Of a DNA stretch of 32,900 bases, positions 7,502 to 15,364 are shown piece by piece. The position numbers and the translations under genes were made by a program. Position 1 is the first letter of the stretch. Each line of letters starts with the position of its first letter. The stretch spans positions 1 through 32,900 of the forward strand of contig JBEKAW010000001.1 in assembly GCA_050015715.1 (NCBI GenBank), given 5' to 3'. The notes under the pieces are model-generated. The model did not search any database, had not been told where the DNA came from, and worked only from the letters and a program-made list of their open reading frames with translations. Source of the stretch: Candidatus Krumholzibacteriaceae bacterium (GTDB lineage Bacteria; Krumholzibacteriota; Krumholzibacteriia; Krumholzibacteriales; Krumholzibacteriaceae).

Positions 7502-9023
7502 TTGCATGCAGATGAGACGCAAGATCGAGGACTCAATCGGGTATGCCCTGGAGCCGGGCGAAGTGACCGAAATGGAGAAGCATTGCGCGGAGTGTGAGAC
7601 GTGCCGCGCGTACCGAGATCGGCTGGTTGAAGACGACTCCCGGCTCGCTGAGCTCGCAGCTCCGCGGGGCGAGTCGATCAGGAGGATCCAGGAGAGAGCA
7701 ATTGCGAGGATACGCACGCCGGGGTCGAGTGAGGCGCGAGAAACCACGATTGAGCCGGTTCGCGGGTCACGGACACGATCAAGCAGAGTCTTTCCAAGAA
7801 TCCCGAGAATCGCCGGCATTGCGGCCGCCGTAGCGGCCGTGATTATCGCGTTCATGGTGAACGATCTCATCCGTGGCGCCCACAACGGTCCCGTTCCCGC
7901 CTTCGCCGCGATTCAGGAAAAAATGCAGAAGTTCAACAACGTCGTCTTCCGGGTGCAGCAATGGTCACTGGGCCAATGGACGACACAAGAGGAAGGGATG
8001 ACCAGCTCGCGGCTCATGCGCGATGATTTTGGCGACAGCATCATCGTCTTTGACTTTCAGCACAGGGATACGCTGGCGGAAACTCGACTCTACCCGTCCG
8101 AAAGACGTGCATACGTCTTTCGTGTGGCGTTACCAAAGCAGCATGGTGCTTTTGTCCGGCGCCCGTCAGATCCAGTAAGTTTTCTCGCCGCCTGGTACAA
8201 AACAAAGGGTTTCTCATTCGTCTGCAGGCAGCGATTGAAAGGAAAGAACGTTGCGGTGTACGAGAAGTACCCGAATGTCCACGATAGGCAGACCAACAGA
8301 ATGACGGCCTGGGTAGATCTCGAAACGGAATTGCCCATCCGTTTCGAGATAGTGAGTCCCGGGCAGGACCCGAACCGTGACGGGTACTACGGCCTTCGCT
8401 TAAGGGATTTTCAGCGCGATGCTTCGCAGATCGCGGGCTGGAGTGACGTGAAGGCTGGCGAACCGCGTCTGATCTTGGATAACTTCAAGTGGAATACGGC
8501 CGACACATCATACTTCAGCCTAGTCCCCCCTTCGGGATACGTAGTGGAGACGGGCCAATCAATCATACCGGGTGCAGCAAGTGGCTACGTAGACTCTTGC
8601 AACACCCAGGGACGTATTGTCTTAGAATCAATCGTTCGGGCGCTTTCGATCTGGTGCTCGCTCTCAGGCAATGTATTTCCCAATGATCTCAGCGACCTGA
8701 CAGATTCCACCAAGGTCAAACCGCTTCTCGTCGCTGGATTCCATCGGGGCAGAAGTCCCGGGGAGGAGTTCAGAGCCGCCCATCGAAAAGCGGAAGAGCT
8801 GTTGCGGAACGCCGGCGTGATTTCCCTAATGCCTGATGGGATCACGCTGCATTATCTCGGCAAAGAATCTTCCTTTGGCGATTCGCGAAGAATCATTTGC
8901 TGGTTCAAGGACAAGGATAGACCGGACTGCCCTGACAAGAGATGGAATGGTCCGTACTTCTTGATCTACGGCGACCTCCATATAGCCACATCCCAAACGC
9001 CGCCGAAGTCGGCAAGGCAATGA
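7491..9023 (+). CDS. Zinc-finger (ZAS, HxxxCxxC) anti-sigma factor with one TM helix and an extracytoplasmic domain of about 370 aa of unknown fold
   Basis: It overlaps the sigma gene by 11 nt; alternative ATGs lie at 7506 and 7512. The H-x3-C-x2-C motif is HCAECETC. The TM segment is IAGIAAAVAAVIIAFMV. The C-terminal domain is markedly lower in GC than the N-terminal part. Confidence 0.8.
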   Translation: MNSDCMQMRRKIEDSIGYALEPGEVTEMEKHCAECETCRAYRDRLVEDDSRLAELAAPRGESIRRIQERAIARIRTPGSSEARETTIEPVRGSRTRSSRVFPRIPRIAGIAAAVAAVIIAFMVNDLIRGAHNGPVPAFAAIQEKMQKFNNVVFRVQQWSLGQWTTQEEGMTSSRLMRDDFGDSIIVFDFQHRDTLAETRLYPSERRAYVFRVALPKQHGAFVRRPSDPVSFLAAWYKTKGFSFVCRQRLKGKNVAVYEKYPNVHDRQTNRMTAWVDLETELPIRFEIVSPGQDPNRDGYYGLRLRDFQRDASQIAGWSDVKAGEPRLILDNFKWNTADTSYFSLVPPSGYVVETGQSIIPGAASGYVDSCNTQGRIVLESIVRALSIWCSLSGNVFPNDLSDLTDSTKVKPLLVAGFHRGRSPGEEFRAAHRKAEELLRNAGVISLMPDGITLHYLGKESSFGDSRRIICWFKDKDRPDCPDKRWNGPYFLIYGDLHIATSQTPPKSARQ

Positions 9024-9077
9024 AATTCGAGCGCTCTATTTGTTGGCCGGCTTGAGATACCCGGCGAAGAGCTCCCG

Positions 9078-9671
9078 CTACTTTCCCAATCCGATCTGCC
9101 TCATGTACGTCGCGTTATCCCAGAACAGCGACTCCTCGATCATGACGCCGTCTTTCCAGTGCCCCACGGTGCACATGGGAACGGCGAACGATTTCCCGGT
9201 CGGCTTGATGAACTTGCCGCCGCCGATCGGCATGGGCTTCGTGAACGTTCCGGTCATGACACCGGTCACGCAACTCCATCCGTTCGTCCCGAATCTGATC
9301 GGGTGCTCCTTGATCTTCGTATCGGGCGCATAGACGAACAGCGCCTTCAGGTCCGCGATGTGCCGTTCGAGACCGTTCGTCTTGTGGCCATCGGGCCACG
9401 TGACGACGACGTCCGCCGAGTGACTCTCGTGCAGCCTCACCCACTGCTGATTGCTGAACACGACGAAATCCAGCGTGTCGAACTTGGCGAGATAGTTATC
9501 CATCGTCGTCTTGTCGCCCGTGTACTTCGCGAGCTCGGCCTTCATCGAGTCGATCTTGGCCGCCATCTGGGGCGAGGGCCCCCGTTGTCCCGAGCAGCCG
9601 AGAAGCGCCACCATCAACGAGCCCAGGAGGACCAGTGCAATCAGACCAAAGCGAGAATTTAGTCTTTTCAT
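9078..9671 (-). CDS. Lipoprotein with a SnoaL/NTF2-like (ester-cyclase-like) domain
   Basis: AAAGGAG lies 7 nt upstream of ATG 9671; the track start at 9689 is a GTG. The lipobox is LMVALLGC. The mature domain resembles SnoaL-like ester cyclases (LDFVVFSNQQWVRLHESHSADVVVTWPDG...). The family call is tentative. Confidence 0.65.
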   Translation of the reverse strand: MKRLNSRFGLIALVLLGSLMVALLGCSGQRGPSPQMAAKIDSMKAELAKYTGDKTTMDNYLAKFDTLDFVVFSNQQWVRLHESHSADVVVTWPDGHKTNGLERHIADLKALFVYAPDTKIKEHPIRFGTNGWSCVTGVMTGTFTKPMPIGGGKFIKPTGKSFAVPMCTVGHWKDGVMIEESLFWDNATYMRQIGLGK

Positions 9672-9697
9672 ACCGCACTCCTTTCGCACCTAAACCG

Positions 9698-10336
9698 TCA
9701 GGGACCGACTCTCCTCCGAACAGATTTCAACCTCGGGAGAAACATCGGCGTCTTACGGCGATACTCGATGTATGCCGCGCCGAGACGTTTCTCGAGCTCT
9801 GGTTCCTCGACGCGCTTGAGGCCGATGATGCTCAGGACGATGAACACCGGCGTCATGATCGCGGCGAGACCGATCGAGCCGAACAGGAAACCGAGCCCGA
9901 AGAACATGAGAAACAGCCCCGCCATCATCGGATTGCGCGACCGTATGTACGGCCCCTTCACGACGAGCCGCGGGGGCGGATTGAAGGGAACCGGCGTGCC
10001 CCTCTCTCCGGCAAAGACCGCAATCGACCATCCGCTGAAAGAGGCGCCGAGCGCAAGGAGCGGAATCCCCGCGGCGAGGCCGGGCCACCCGGGCAGGAGC
10101 GGCGGGAACCCGAGCCACCGGTCAAGGAGAATGCCACAGCCGATGACCGCCAGCACGACGGCGGAAAACATCAGGAACGCCACCGGCGTGAGGATCCGCC
10201 TCGCGCTTACCGGACCGGTTGTGACCTTGTAGAGAAGATTGTAGAGCTCCATGAAGACTACCCGTCCTTGACTCTCACTCGGTCTCGTCCGCCTGCGGCG
10301 AGCTTTCTCGACGGCGAAGTCAGTGCGGCGCGTCAT
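9698..10336 (-). CDS. ICMT / phospholipid methyltransferase (PEMT) family integral membrane methyltransferase
   Basis: Multi-TM protein with the family C-terminal core (VVKGPYIRSRNPMMAGLFLMFFGLGFLFGS ... EEPELEKRLGAAYIEYRRKTPMFLP). ATG 10336 overlaps the upstream propeller gene stop as ATGA. An alternative start, ATG 10252 (MELYNLLYK), would remove a 28-aa Arg-rich N-terminus. Confidence 0.75.
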   Translation of the reverse strand: MTRRTDFAVEKARRRRTRPSESQGRVVFMELYNLLYKVTTGPVSARRILTPVAFLMFSAVVLAVIGCGILLDRWLGFPPLLPGWPGLAAGIPLLALGASFSGWSIAVFAGERGTPVPFNPPPRLVVKGPYIRSRNPMMAGLFLMFFGLGFLFGSIGLAAIMTPVFIVLSIIGLKRVEEPELEKRLGAAYIEYRRKTPMFLPRLKSVRRRVGP

Positions 10337-11730
10337 CGACCGAGCTTCGCAACAAAGATGTCCCGGCCGCCCGCGCTCGTGAGTGCTCCGCCGCCCAGGT
10401 CGACGGTGCCATCGAAGTCTCCTGTGATGATTGCGTTTCCCGAGGCATCGGCGGCGACAGCGTACGCAAACTGACTATTCGAATCGCCGAAGCGCCTGCT
10501 CCCGAGGCAAGCACCATCGGACCCGAACTTCGTGACAAAGATATCCCACTGGCCGGCGCTCGTAAGCGCACCACCCCCAAAGTCAACGGCGCCATAGAAA
10601 GATCCCGTGACGAGCACGTTTCCGAAGGCGTCGACGGCAACACCGTTGGCACGCTGATAGCTCTCGTCGCCGAAGATCTTGCTCCAAACGTGGGTACCGT
10701 CGGAGGCCACCTTCACGACAAAAACGTCCGCGGAGCCCGCGCTCGTGAGCGCACCGCCGCCAAAGTCAACGGTGCCATCGATATCTCCCGTGACGATCGC
10801 GTTTCCCGAGGCATCCACGGCGATGGCACGGGCAAACTGATAATCCGCATCGCCGAACCGCTTGCTCCAAACGTGAGCGCCACCGGGCCCGAGCTTCGCT
10901 ACAAAGATGTCCATATCGCCAGCGTTCGTGAGCGCACCACCGCCAAAGTCGACGGTGCCCTCGAAATACCCAGCGACGAATATGTCTCCCGAGGCATCAA
11001 CGGCGACAGCCTGAGCAGTCTGACCGCTCTCATCGCCGAACCGCTTGCTCCAGAGACAAGCACCATCGGACCCGAACTTCGCGACAAAGATATCCGAGCT
11101 CCCTGCGCTCGTAAGTGCCCCATCACCAAAGTCAACGGCGCCATAGAAGACTCCCGTAACGATCACGTTTCCCGAGGCATCGATGGCCACGGCTGTAGCA
11201 ATCTGATCGCTCCCATCGCCAAAGCGCTTGCTCCAGAGACAGGCACCATTGGACCCGAACTTCGCGACGAAGATATCCGAACTCCCCGCGCTCGTGAGCG
11301 CACCGCCACCGAAGTCAACGACGCCCTCGAAAAATCCCGCGAGGACCACGTTTCCCGAAATGTCGACAGCGACAGCCTCCCCACCCTGAACACTCCCGTC
11401 GCCGAAGCGCTTGCTCCAAACGTGAGCGCCATTGGACCCGAGCTTGGCCACAAAGATGTCGGTGTTGCCCGCGCTCGTAAGCGCACCACCCCCGAAGTCA
11501 ACGGTGCCATCGAAAGACCCTGTGACGATCACGTTTCCCGAGGCATCAACGGCGACAGCTTGAGCAGTCTGATAATTCCCGTCGCCGAAGCGCTTGCTCC
11601 AGAGGTGTCTCATCCCGCCCGGTGGTAGAGTACTCCCTCCCGGGCCGGTGGTCTTCTCGCAGGACCCAATGGATATGCAAACCACGAGCACAAGCAAGAA
11701 GCCGAGAGCATCTCTGCAGACAAAACGCAT
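10333..11730 (-). CDS. Seven-bladed beta-propeller lipoprotein (SBBP-type repeats)
   Basis: AGGAGA lies 6 nt upstream of ATG 11730. The signal and lipobox are MRFVCRDALGFLLVLVVCISIGSC. Seven tandem copies follow (six of 61 aa, the last of 56 aa). Their consensus is WSKRFGD...Q.A.AVAVDASGNVIVTG.F.GTVDFGGGALTSAG..DIFVAK.GS.GA.., as in the SBBP beta-propeller repeat family. Confidence 0.85.
   Translation of the reverse strand: MRFVCRDALGFLLVLVVCISIGSCEKTTGPGGSTLPPGGMRHLWSKRFGDGNYQTAQAVAVDASGNVIVTGSFDGTVDFGGGALTSAGNTDIFVAKLGSNGAHVWSKRFGDGSVQGGEAVAVDISGNVVLAGFFEGVVDFGGGALTSAGSSDIFVAKFGSNGACLWSKRFGDGSDQIATAVAIDASGNVIVTGVFYGAVDFGDGALTSAGSSDIFVAKFGSDGACLWSKRFGDESGQTAQAVAVDASGDIFVAGYFEGTVDFGGGALTNAGDMDIFVAKLGPGGAHVWSKRFGDADYQFARAIAVDASGNAIVTGDIDGTVDFGGGALTSAGSADVFVVKVASDGTHVWSKIFGDESYQRANGVAVDAFGNVLVTGSFYGAVDFGGGALTSAGQWDIFVTKFGSDGACLGSRRFGDSNSQFAYAVAADASGNAIITGDFDGTVDLGGGALTSAGGRDIFVAKLGR
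10336..11601 (-). repeat. In-frame tandem coding repeat, 7 x about 183 bp (one propeller blade per unit)
   Basis: By my count the unit boundaries are 11601, 11418, 11235, 11052, 10869, 10686 and 10503. Blades 2 and 3 differ at 14 of 61 residues. The repeat also creates periodic spurious ORFs on the opposite strand and in other frames. Confidence 0.9.
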
Positions 11731-11826
11731 CACGTGTCTCCTGTGCCTCATAGTCTCGGGAAACCGCTGAACCCCTCTAAACCGCTCTCCGCACCACGTG
11801 CTGCCAGACACGGCGGCGCAAGTACT

Positions 11827-14265
11827 CTAGGCGGGTCTCCTCTTCTTGTGCAATTCCGCCCTGAGCTTCCCCTGGAGCTCGAGGGGGAGCGCTCTCCCTT
11901 TCGGCCGCTCCGGGGCCGGCGCCTCGTCGCGGGCCCGCTCGACGGGCTTCGGAATGTACGGCTCCTTCTGCAGCAGCGCATGGAGAATGACGAGCGCCGC
12001 CTCCTTGTCGGGGATCATTCCCTTCCCTCCCGTCTCGGGATCGAGCTGGGAGAAGGGCGGTATCGGCGAGCCCACGCACGACGGGCAGCCGTGGCTGCAC
12101 GAGCACGTCATGATGAGCTCGAGCGCCGCGGTCATGATCTCCTCGACGAGGTCGTAGGCCTTGAGCGAGAAGCCGAGCCCGCCGGGGTACTTGTCATAAA
12201 TGTAGACGGCGGGGCTGTCGGTCGAGCGCGAGTTTACGGTCGTCCCGATGTCGAGCGGATCGCACATGACAAAAAGGGGCGCCACCTCGCGGAGCACGTT
12301 CGAGAGCCCGAGGAGACCCTCCCCCGGCGTCCTCCCGTGCCTGCGCACCTCGGCCAAAGCCTCCGCCGGCGGCACGACCCACACGCCAGCCGTCTCGAGA
12401 ATCTGCGGCGGCAGGTCGCATTTCCCGTAACCGATCGAGTCGCGGCTTCCGAACTTTATCTTGCGGAACATGAATGTCAGCGAGGTCACTGAGACGTCGC
12501 CGAAACACACCTTGCTGATCCGCCAGTCCTTCGATTTCTCCTCGCGGTCCACCTTGACCTGAACCTCGGTGATCGACTGCGTGTAGTAATCGACGTTCGT
12601 CGGCTCCACGAAGGCGACCTTCTTGTCGGTGTCGAGCTTGTTCACGAAGTAGGTCTCCGCCTCATGAAGATATATCGCCTGCGGATGGACCTGCTGGAAG
12701 GCACTCGTCTCGTCGATCGTGCCGATGACCTTGGCGCCGTCCTTCTCGTTCACGATCGTGTAGACGTTCGGCGAGATGTTCCGAAGGTTCACGTCGGCGC
12801 TCGGGTAGCCCTTCCCGGTCCAGTACCATTTGCCCTTCACGAAGTTGACCTCGCGCTCGTCCTCGAGGAGCTCGAGAATCGCGGGCGCATACTCACCCAT
12901 CGTCTCGACCTCCTTCACCGCGAGCGGGAGCTCGAAGGCGGCCGAGCGCAGGTGCGCCATGAGAATATGGGGATTCCCGGGATCGATGATCGCGTTCTCG
13001 GGGGATTTCCCGAAGAAATACTCCGGGTGGCTCACGAGGTACTGGTCGAGCGGCGTATTGTACGGAATGAATATCGTGAGCGCCTCTTCCTTCCCGCGCC
13101 CCGCCCGCCCCGCCTGCTGCCACGTCGAGGCGATGCTCCCCGGATAGCCGACGATGACCGAGGCGTGCAGCGCCCCAACGTCGATCCCGAGCTCGAGCGC
13201 GTTCGTGCTGATGACGGCCTTGAGGTCGCCGCTGAAGAGACGCCTCTCGATCTCGCGACGCTCCTCGGGGAGATACCCGCCGCGGTAGGGATGCACGGAG
13301 TCCTTCATCGAGGCGCGGTGCTTCCCGAGCATCTCCCGCGTGTAGCGCGTGATGACCTCGCTCACGACGCGCGCCCGCACGAAGGCGATCGTCTGCACGT
13401 CGTCGAGAACGAGCCGCGTGACGAGATCGGCGGCCTCGATGTTCGAGCTCCGCCGCTCCATCTCGCCGATGTCGATCGTCGGGGGGTTCCAGAAGATGAA
13501 CTGCTTGCGGCCACGCGGCGAGCCGTCCTCGGCGATGACCTTGACCTTCCGCCCGAGGAGCTTCTCCGCGTGCTCGCCGGGATTGGCGATCGTCGCCGAG
13601 GACGCCGCAAAGACGGGGTGGGAACCGTAATGCTCCGAGATACGGTTGAGCCGCCGCATGACGTTCGCGATGTGCGAGCCGAAGATGCCGCGGTAGGTGT
13701 GGATCTCGTCGATCACGACGTACTGGAGCCGCGAGAGGAAATTCGCCCACTTCGCGTGGTTCGGGAGGATTCCCGAGTGGAGCATGTCGGGGTTCGTGAG
13801 AAGCACCTTCGCCTCGTCGCGGAGCTTCCGGCGGCTCGATGCCGGCGTGTCGCCGTCGTAGGTGCCCGCTTCGAACCTGATCCCCTTCGGCCCCATGTAG
13901 CGCTGAAGCACGCGGAGCTGGTCCTGCGCGAGCGCCTTCGTCGGATAGAGGTACAGAGCGCGGGCCTCGGGGTCCTCGAGGAGGCTCGATAGAACGGGGA
14001 TATTGTAGCAGAGGGTCTTTCCACTCGCGGTCGATGTGACGATGACGACATCGTGCCCCTCGCGCAGGTGCTTCACCGCGTCGACCTGATGAACGTAGAG
14101 CTTGTCGATACCGGTGCCCTTGAGGATTTTCGCGAGCTTCTCGGGTAGCGGCGGATCGAGCTCCGCGAAGCGCGCGGCGCGCGTGGGGATCGTGTGCTTG
14201 TGGGCAATCTGCCCCTTGTAGAAATCCTCGACCTGGACCTTCTTCAGGAACTTGGTGACTTCCAC
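11827..14265 (-). CDS. mrfA: MrfA/YprA-like DExH-box helicase with a C-terminal DUF1998 Cys4 domain (812 aa)
   Basis: The start is GTG 14265, preceded by AAAGGAG. The 237 upstream codons of the track ORF are Arg-rich and overlap the neighbouring gene. Helicase motifs present: TSTASGKT (I), VVIDEIH (II, DExH), SAT (III) and QQAGRAGRG (VI). The C-terminal CSCSHGCPSC cluster is typical of DUF1998. Confidence 0.85.
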   Translation of the reverse strand: MEVTKFLKKVQVEDFYKGQIAHKHTIPTRAARFAELDPPLPEKLAKILKGTGIDKLYVHQVDAVKHLREGHDVVIVTSTASGKTLCYNIPVLSSLLEDPEARALYLYPTKALAQDQLRVLQRYMGPKGIRFEAGTYDGDTPASSRRKLRDEAKVLLTNPDMLHSGILPNHAKWANFLSRLQYVVIDEIHTYRGIFGSHIANVMRRLNRISEHYGSHPVFAASSATIANPGEHAEKLLGRKVKVIAEDGSPRGRKQFIFWNPPTIDIGEMERRSSNIEAADLVTRLVLDDVQTIAFVRARVVSEVITRYTREMLGKHRASMKDSVHPYRGGYLPEERREIERRLFSGDLKAVISTNALELGIDVGALHASVIVGYPGSIASTWQQAGRAGRGKEEALTIFIPYNTPLDQYLVSHPEYFFGKSPENAIIDPGNPHILMAHLRSAAFELPLAVKEVETMGEYAPAILELLEDEREVNFVKGKWYWTGKGYPSADVNLRNISPNVYTIVNEKDGAKVIGTIDETSAFQQVHPQAIYLHEAETYFVNKLDTDKKVAFVEPTNVDYYTQSITEVQVKVDREEKSKDWRISKVCFGDVSVTSLTFMFRKIKFGSRDSIGYGKCDLPPQILETAGVWVVPPAEALAEVRRHGRTPGEGLLGLSNVLREVAPLFVMCDPLDIGTTVNSRSTDSPAVYIYDKYPGGLGFSLKAYDLVEEIMTAALELIMTCSCSHGCPSCVGSPIPPFSQLDPETGGKGMIPDKEAALVILHALLQKEPYIPKPVERARDEAPAPERPKGRALPLELQGKLRAELHKKRRPA

Positions 14266-14336
14266 GGCTGCTCCTTTGTTGCACGGAATGGTAGCAGAAA
14301 GGGGACGCCGCCGCAAGCGGGGCCCGCCGCCGCGAG

Positions 14337-15215
14337 CTATTCGATCTCTCGGGACAGAAAAACGGTCACGAGCTGAAGCATCGTCACGAGATCGAGCCGG
14401 TTGTGGTGAATGATGTTCGCCACGTCCTTCGCGTCCTGCGTCCGCACGAACGCGTGATAGGCGCCGGGAATCTCGGCGCCCGCGATGTCGCCGACCCGCC
14501 GCCGTTTGCAGAAGTGCATCTCGAGGGTCTGAAGCTTGTGGTTCGGCGTCTTGTCGCCGACGACGAGGCGCGCGAGCGGCAGGAGATCGATGTGCGTCGG
14601 GGGCGCGGGAAACGCGAGCCGGTGGATCGTCATGCGTTCCTTGATAAAGGGCACGTCGAACGTGATCCCGTTGAACGTCACGAGAATCTCGAAGCGCGGC
14701 ATCATCTCGGCGAGAAACTGGAGCACGGTCCGCTCCTCCGAGTAGTCCCGCGCAAAGAGCTGGTCCACCATGAGCCGCCCGTCCGCCGTGTACATAAGCC
14801 CGACGAGAAAGAGCGGCGACATGCTGAGCCCCGTCGTCTCGATGTCGAGCCAGCAGACGCTCTCGGGCCGCGCGGTCTTGAGCGGCCTGAGCGCCTCGAG
14901 CGCCTTCGCCTCTGGAAAGAACGGGCTCCCGAGCGCCTCGAGATACTCCCGGTGGAACGTCCCCGCGTCGGCCCACACAGCGCCCGCCTCGCTCAGGATG
15001 CGGTAGAAGGCTCCTTCGCCGAACGCCACCTCGTCCCCGCGCACCGCGTCGGCGAGACGAACCGCCCCCCCTGGGACGGCAGCCGCCCCGCCCGCCCGAT
15101 GCAGCCCGCCGTCCGGGCCCGGGAATGCGCGCCTCTCCGGCCGGAACACTCCCTCGGCCTTCTTCTTGAGCTCATCGAGCTCCCGTTTGAGATCGCGGAT
15201 TGCCATCGTCCTCAT
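14337..15215 (-). CDS. mrfB: MrfB/YprB-like RNase H-fold DEDDh 3'-5' exonuclease
   Basis: Exo motifs present: WLDIETTG (D-x-E), FNGITFDVPF (D) and HHNRLDLVTM (H-x4-D). The N-terminal part of about 110 aa is Ala/Gly/Arg-rich. The start is uncertain: ATG 15215, ATG 15206 or GTG 15293. The gene lies 71 nt upstream of the helicase gene. Confidence 0.7.
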   Translation of the reverse strand: MRTMAIRDLKRELDELKKKAEGVFRPERRAFPGPDGGLHRAGGAAAVPGGAVRLADAVRGDEVAFGEGAFYRILSEAGAVWADAGTFHREYLEALGSPFFPEAKALEALRPLKTARPESVCWLDIETTGLSMSPLFLVGLMYTADGRLMVDQLFARDYSEERTVLQFLAEMMPRFEILVTFNGITFDVPFIKERMTIHRLAFPAPPTHIDLLPLARLVVGDKTPNHKLQTLEMHFCKRRRVGDIAGAEIPGAYHAFVRTQDAKDVANIIHHNRLDLVTMLQLVTVFLSREIE

Positions 15216-15313
15216 TGTGAGCGTAACGGGACCGCATTTACAACTATTATCGGGGGGACCGGGACCAACGGCCCGTTTCTTGCAGAAATCCACCCCGGCC
15301 CGGATGGTTTCTC

Positions 15314-15343
15314 TTGACGCGCCCCGGGGCCATGGGCTATTTT
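15314..15343 (+). promoter_or_regulatory. Candidate sigma-70-type promoter for the M23 peptidase / queH unit
   Basis: TTGACG (15314-15319), an 18-nt spacer, then TATTTT (15338-15343). If this promoter is used, ATG 15365 is the start codon and the TTG at 15314 used by the ORF track is not. Confidence 0.35.
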
Positions 15344-15364
15344 ACGGCAGATTCGGGTAAAACC

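Noticed and set aside
4000-9100. The low-GC patches as a genomic island or integrated mobile element.
   Set aside because: I could find no integrase, transposase, tRNA attachment site or flanking direct repeats. The low-GC signal is patchy, gene- or domain-sized, rather than one contiguous block. It is reported only as a compositional observation.
10336-11601. A regular repeat array that could be mistaken for a CRISPR or satellite locus. It includes the periodic small ORFs and the 312-aa antisense ORF at 10690-11628.
   Set aside because: The period is 183 bp with no repeat/spacer alternation. It lies entirely in frame within one ORF encoding 61-aa propeller blades. The other ORFs are by-products of the repeat.
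14266-14976. The N-terminal 237 codons of the 1049-aa track ORF for the helicase.
   Set aside because: This part is Arg/Ala/Gly-rich without motifs. It overlaps the mrfB-like coding region in another frame. The helicase homology begins right after a GTG at 14265 that has an AAAGGAG SD.
11827-15215. Reading the helicase-DUF1998 plus nuclease pair as a DISARM-like or other phage-defence system.
   Set aside because: DUF1998 is fused to the helicase as in YprA/MrfA, not encoded separately as in DrmB. The partner is a YprB-type DEDDh exonuclease. No methyltransferase, PLD-nuclease or SNF2 partner and no mobile-element context are visible. It is kept only as a moderate-interest finding pending a proper search.
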